Source: Phoronis australis (Eukaryota; Animalia; Phoronida). From it: DNA of 64,000 nt. The notes under the pieces were generated by a model, which made no database searches, was not told where the DNA came from, and saw nothing but the letters and a program-made list of their open reading frames with translations. Made by a program: the position numbers and the translations under genes. The DNA is taken from assembly GCA_002633005.1 (NCBI GenBank), contig NMRA01000644.1, forward strand, positions 1-64,000. Direction: 5' to 3'. Positions 59,441-64,000 of this stretch are shown one piece after another. Each line of letters opens with the position of its first letter. Positions within the stretch are counted from its first letter, which is position 1.

Positions 59441-60012
59441 TTTTCGACATTTCTCTCAGGTAAAAATAAACCCAACTTCGACGTGAAAATGGCGCTTGCA
59501 GAGCTGCAGTTTGGAACTTTGCTTTTACCGTTTGTGACTACATTACAATTGCACATATATATACATATTACAGAAAATGTATTCGTGAAGCCAATTAGGA
59601 CCAATTTCTGTGTTATTTACTTACGAAAATTAGAAAAATGATAAATCATTACGTTCGGGTGGTCTGGGGCCGGCGGCCTGGATCAAAGCCACGTAGTTTC
59701 ACCCCACAGTCTCAGAAGTTTTTCATGTTGAAAACTTCAATATCCAAATATGCTCAGCTAATTATTCCTCGGAAAGTTACAGCACTTTGATTAAAAATGT
59801 TTCGTCAGTAACAATTCAAATTTCTAAACATGTCCGTGAACACCTACCTATTCAATTTTTCATAAACTTCTTAAAATAAAATTACTTTTCGGATGCTTTT
59901 GGGTGACACATTTTGTAATATTATGCGTTTATTTATTTGATAACTTTACAATGCATACAATAACATAGTATAAACGTACAAATAACGCAAATAATTAAAT
60001 CAAACTTATTGG

Positions 60013-62645
60013 TCACCATTTCGAAACACACGCCACCACCTTTAAAGATACTCCCCTTGGCGACTTTCCAGGTAAAGAGGATGAAGATTTGCCAGATGTA
60101 GATTTCGATTTGGGGGACATTAAGAAGTCGGAAGTTGGTTTCACTGTCAAGAAAGCCCGATCGGGGTCAGCCCCTGGTCCGAGCGGAGTTTCCTGCAAGA
60201 TCTATAAGAATTGTGCCAAGTTGCGTGATAGGCTCTGGAAGCTGTTTAAGGTTCTCTGGAGGAAAGGCCTTGTTCCAGCCCAGTGGGGGCGAGCTGAAGG
60301 AGTCTACGTCCCGAAAGAAGAAAACTCGAAGCAAATTGGCCAGTTTCGACCCAGTTCACTGCTCAGTGTAGAGGGAAAGATCTGCTTAGCCATTATATCC
60401 GGCAGAATGACTGACTTCATGATCAAGAATAAGTTCATCGACACGTCATCACAGAAAAGCGGGGTGCCAGGCTTTTCTGGATGCCTGGAACATAATTCCA
60501 TAATTAGTGAACTCATACAACGACCAAAGAAGGCCAAGAAGAACCTGTCTATGGTGTGGCTCTACATGGCAAATGTGTATGGTTCTGTACCACATGTATT
60601 AGTTTATCGTGCCATGGATATCTACCCCATTCCCGAGAAAGTCAAGAGTATAATGAAGTCTTACTACAGCTCCTGCGTGATGCGTTTCGCAGTCGGCAAC
60701 TTCACTACCAAGTGGCAACACCTAGAGAAAGGAATTGTGACGGGCTGTACAGTTTAAGTCATCCTTTTTATTATGGTAATGAACGTCTTGTTGAAGAGAG
60801 CTTAGTCTGAGCGGAGAGGTCCTAAGCTAGATGAAGTCAGACAGCCATCTTGCAGAGCTTTTGTTGATGACATTACGATAGTGAAAGAGTCACCAGTGGG
60901 AGCCAGGACAATTCTCCGTCGCCTAGAAGAGCTCACTAAATGGGCAGAGAAGTCCATATCATTAATCATCAGGAAAGGAGTGTTGCTCAAGAGACAGTCG
61001 TTTTCTATAGCAGATTGCATAATTCCAACAATCAGTGAGCAGCCAGTCAAGTTCCTGGGCAAGTACTATGACAGCAGCCTACGAGACACATCCCGAGTTA
61101 AAGACGTGAAAGCCCAGCTCAAGGTATGGCTTGAGAAGATCGACAAAGATGGCATAGCCGGAAGGTTCAAGCTTTGGTGCTATCAGTTCATCTTGCTCCC
61201 GAAGCTTATGTGGCCACTGCTTGTCTACGACGTCACGTCATCCTCAGTTGAAGAAATGGAAAGGGTAGCAAGCCGATTCATTCGAAGGTGGCTTAGACTA
61301 CCCGCGTCATTCAGCAATGTCGGACTATACTGCAAGTCATCAAAACTTGTCCTGCCAGTCTCATCTGTGGTAGAAGAATACAAAGTTACCAAAGTCCGAA
61401 CCAGTATCACTCTGCGGAATACATCTGACCAGGCCATCAGGAGATGCAGTATCCAGTCACGCATCGGAAGGAAGTGGTCCTCTACCTTGGCGATCAGTGA
61501 AGCAGAGAGTCGGTTGAGGCACAGTCAGTTCGTAGGAACAGCTTGCCAGGGTAGGCGAGGGCTGGGCTACAAGACCGGTAAGCCAGCAAGGGAAAGAACT
61601 AAAGACCCGGGCAGAGACAGAATAATCAGGGAGGTTAGATCATCAGAGAACGAAGAAAGGTAAGCCCGAGCATTCCAGATGGGCCAACAGGGAGCATGGA
61701 CCAAGTGGGACAAAGTCTTACAAAGGGAAGTCAAGTGGGCTGATTTGTGGAAGATGTCTCATCTGAAAGCCAAATTCCTCATTAGATCTGTTTACGACGT
61801 ACTGCCTACTCCCAGCAACCTTGCTACTTGGGAACTTGCTGACAACCCGAGCTGTATTCAGCGTGGACGCAGATGTACGTTAGAGCACATCCTATTATCT
61901 TGCAGCGCGTCCTTGGCATCAGGAAGGTACACTTACCGACACCACCAGGTACTGAAAGTTTTTGCAAGGGTGTTGGTTAACGAGGTCAAGAGCATACCGA
62001 AGCCGAGAAGCCACCGCATCGAATTCATCAATTTCGTAAGAAGTGGTGATAGGCGAGTAAAAGGAAGACCCCAGCGCAGAAAGACATCCTGCACACAGCC
62101 AACGACTGGAGAGTGTGGGCAGATCTTGCCGGTCACCAGTCATTCTTCCCTCAACACATTGTCCAGACGACCCAGCGCCCTGACTTGGTTATTTACTCGG
62201 ACAGTTCCCACCAGGTCATCTTGATTTAGCTCACTATCCGGTGGGAGAGTAGGGTGGAAGAGGCACACGAGAGAAAGAACTTGAAGTATGCAGACCTTAG
62301 GAATGTTAACGGCTGGAGATGTTGGAGTTTTCCTGTAGAGGTCGCTGTCGAGGTTTTCCGGCCAGTTCGGTCATCAACATGGCGAGGTGTCTTGGCGTCT
62401 CCGTGTCGGGAAAGAAGGCTCTGCTACGCGACGTAGCCACTGAAGCTGAACAGGCATCTTGTTGGATTTGGATGAAAAACCAACAGCAAAACCACCAAAA
62501 ACCGTCAGACAGAGCCTGATCAACCCTGTTGTCCCGCCTACTAGAGATGGTCTTGGTGTAGGGACGAAACCATCAAAGACAGTCACGGTAGGAGACCACC
62601 TGAAGATGGCGGTTGAGCACAGTTCCATCAAGTGTATAAAGTAAG
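60013..62645 (+). mobile_element. 5'-truncated HERO-clade (R2 group) non-LTR retrotransposon: RT + CCHC + restriction-like endonuclease, several frameshifts and stops
   Basis: KARSGSAPGPSG, AEGVYVPKEENSKQIGQFRP, IDTSSQKSGVPGFSGCLEH, AFVDD, FKLWCYQF.LLPKLMWPL, LPTPSNL, TLEHILLSC...GRYTYRH, RPDLV, EEAHERKNLKY and FPVEV.CRGF. Confidence 0.93.
62500..62614 (+). ncRNA. Candidate rearranged hammerhead ribozyme in the HERO 3' end
   Basis: Core motifs GATGG-TC (62546-52), GAAA-CCATC (62566-74) and CTGAAGA (62600-06) are present with several complementary helices (see finding). Confidence 0.6.
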
Positions 62646-63292
62646 CTCTGTTATTGTTTTGTTGTTGTTTTCATTAGACTAACACTTTGATACTCTCCAA
62701 TTTATTTCAATTGATTCTGTTCAGCACAACTTCATTTGTTCCACACCTGAAGGCTGAAGTTCGAAATTTTGGCTCGATCTCATAATATGTGCGTATTGTA
62801 ATTGTGTACTTGGCGCACATGTAAAATCCTTGGTTTTCTTTAAAAATTGCGCCTTCTATTTGTTATTTTCTTGCTGTTGTTTCCCCCAATAGCGATTGCC
62901 TTGGGCTGGAAGTTTTGTCATATTCGATTGGCTTTGGGAATTTAAAACAATAACCGTGGGCTTTCCATGTTCTTTTAGCATACGATCGTGATGCGAACAC
63001 ATGTCTATGAAACACAATGTTGACACTTTAAAAATACAGGGATGTGATGTGTCATAAACTATAAGTAAAACGAAGGTGAACCCTCGCCGACTTCGCCTGT
63101 CCGCTATTGTTGCTACGGCTTTGTTAAAACCTCGACTTCCGTTACTTGGCTTAAGTTCCCGGATGTTCCCGTTGACCTTCGTTTAGTTCATGCAGCGTCC
63201 AATCATAGGGTACTTATCGCGTTATGACAACATTGAGAACCGAGAGGAGACTTCTGTTAGATCGAGCTACCGCAGAAAATGCAGACTGCATT

Positions 63293-63364
63293 CATATATA
63301 CATACATACATACATACATACATACATACATACATACACACATACACACATACACACATACATA
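63293..63364. repeat. (TACA)n/(CA)n microsatellite
   Basis: Read directly from the sequence. Confidence 0.97.
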
Positions 63365-64000
63365 GTATCACTACAATTTGGCAGTAATCTTTCTCGTACA
63401 CATATTTCATTAAAAACACGACTTTGATCTGTTTTACTAGTTTAATCTCAGTTCTTTCCAACTCTCTAAATAAAGACCTTGTCTTTACATCGCAACAGTG
63501 CAACTGTGAGTGTTGGCAAGTCACAAGAGGAGTTAATATCTTTTAAGAGTGCTTTATTGGGAAACGTGAAACATTTCTCATTGACATTCTCACAGTTCTT
63601 CTCTGTTTCAGTTCTAAAAATAAAAAACAAAATGCATAGCAAACCTCACAGATACAGTCAAAATGCAAATTCGGCAATACCAAATACGAAAATACCATGA
63701 AAATTACCTCAATATTGCCGCTCCCTGGCTCTCCTCACTGACGCCAAATATGCACTGCCACAATGTGAGTAAATCGAGTCAGCGCACACCACTTCATACT
63801 CAAATGAGGGTTAGGTCACATGCAAATTACATTAAGTCTATTCAGCCATGAATATACACGTGACCATGAGCCACCCGGAGCAAACAAACGTGAAGTATCT
63901 TACAGCAACAAAAATCCAAACGACATCAGAAGGTAACATATTTTAAAAAGCGAGACACATATCTCATATTCAGGCTTCAATTTACAATTAATTCACAGTG

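Overview
This is AT-rich eukaryotic DNA, probably from a marine invertebrate (inferred from the repeat families and spliceosomal introns). It is dominated by repeats; I found no prokaryotic features, CRISPR array, rRNA or intact tRNA. (1) From about 2.4 to 26.1 kb lies a head-to-tail array of about 12 diverged 1.7-2.0 kb units. Read through frameshifts on the + strand, each unit is a decayed Ty3/Gypsy pol segment (RNase H, integrase Zn finger, integrase core, C-terminal part), so this is a macrosatellite built from a retrotransposon enzyme gene. It is interrupted by a Crypton-like element that carries a CR1-type LINE, and by several MITEs. (2) From 26 to 36 kb are decayed DNA-transposon and LINE fragments. 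(3) From 37.8 to 59 kb is a phase-consistent 9-exon gene for a secreted protein of about 462 aa (signal peptide, unassigned domain, two short TSP1 repeats, fibrinogen C-terminal domain). Its introns hold Penelope, LOA/R1-like LINE and MITE insertions and an inverted duplication with arms of about 500 bp. (4) From 60.0 to 62.65 kb is a 5'-truncated HERO-type non-LTR retrotransposon whose 3' end can be folded as a rearranged (non-circularly permuted) hammerhead ribozyme. Two near-identical tandem duplications joined by a single N are probably assembly artefacts. All family assignments come from manual motif recognition, not database searches.
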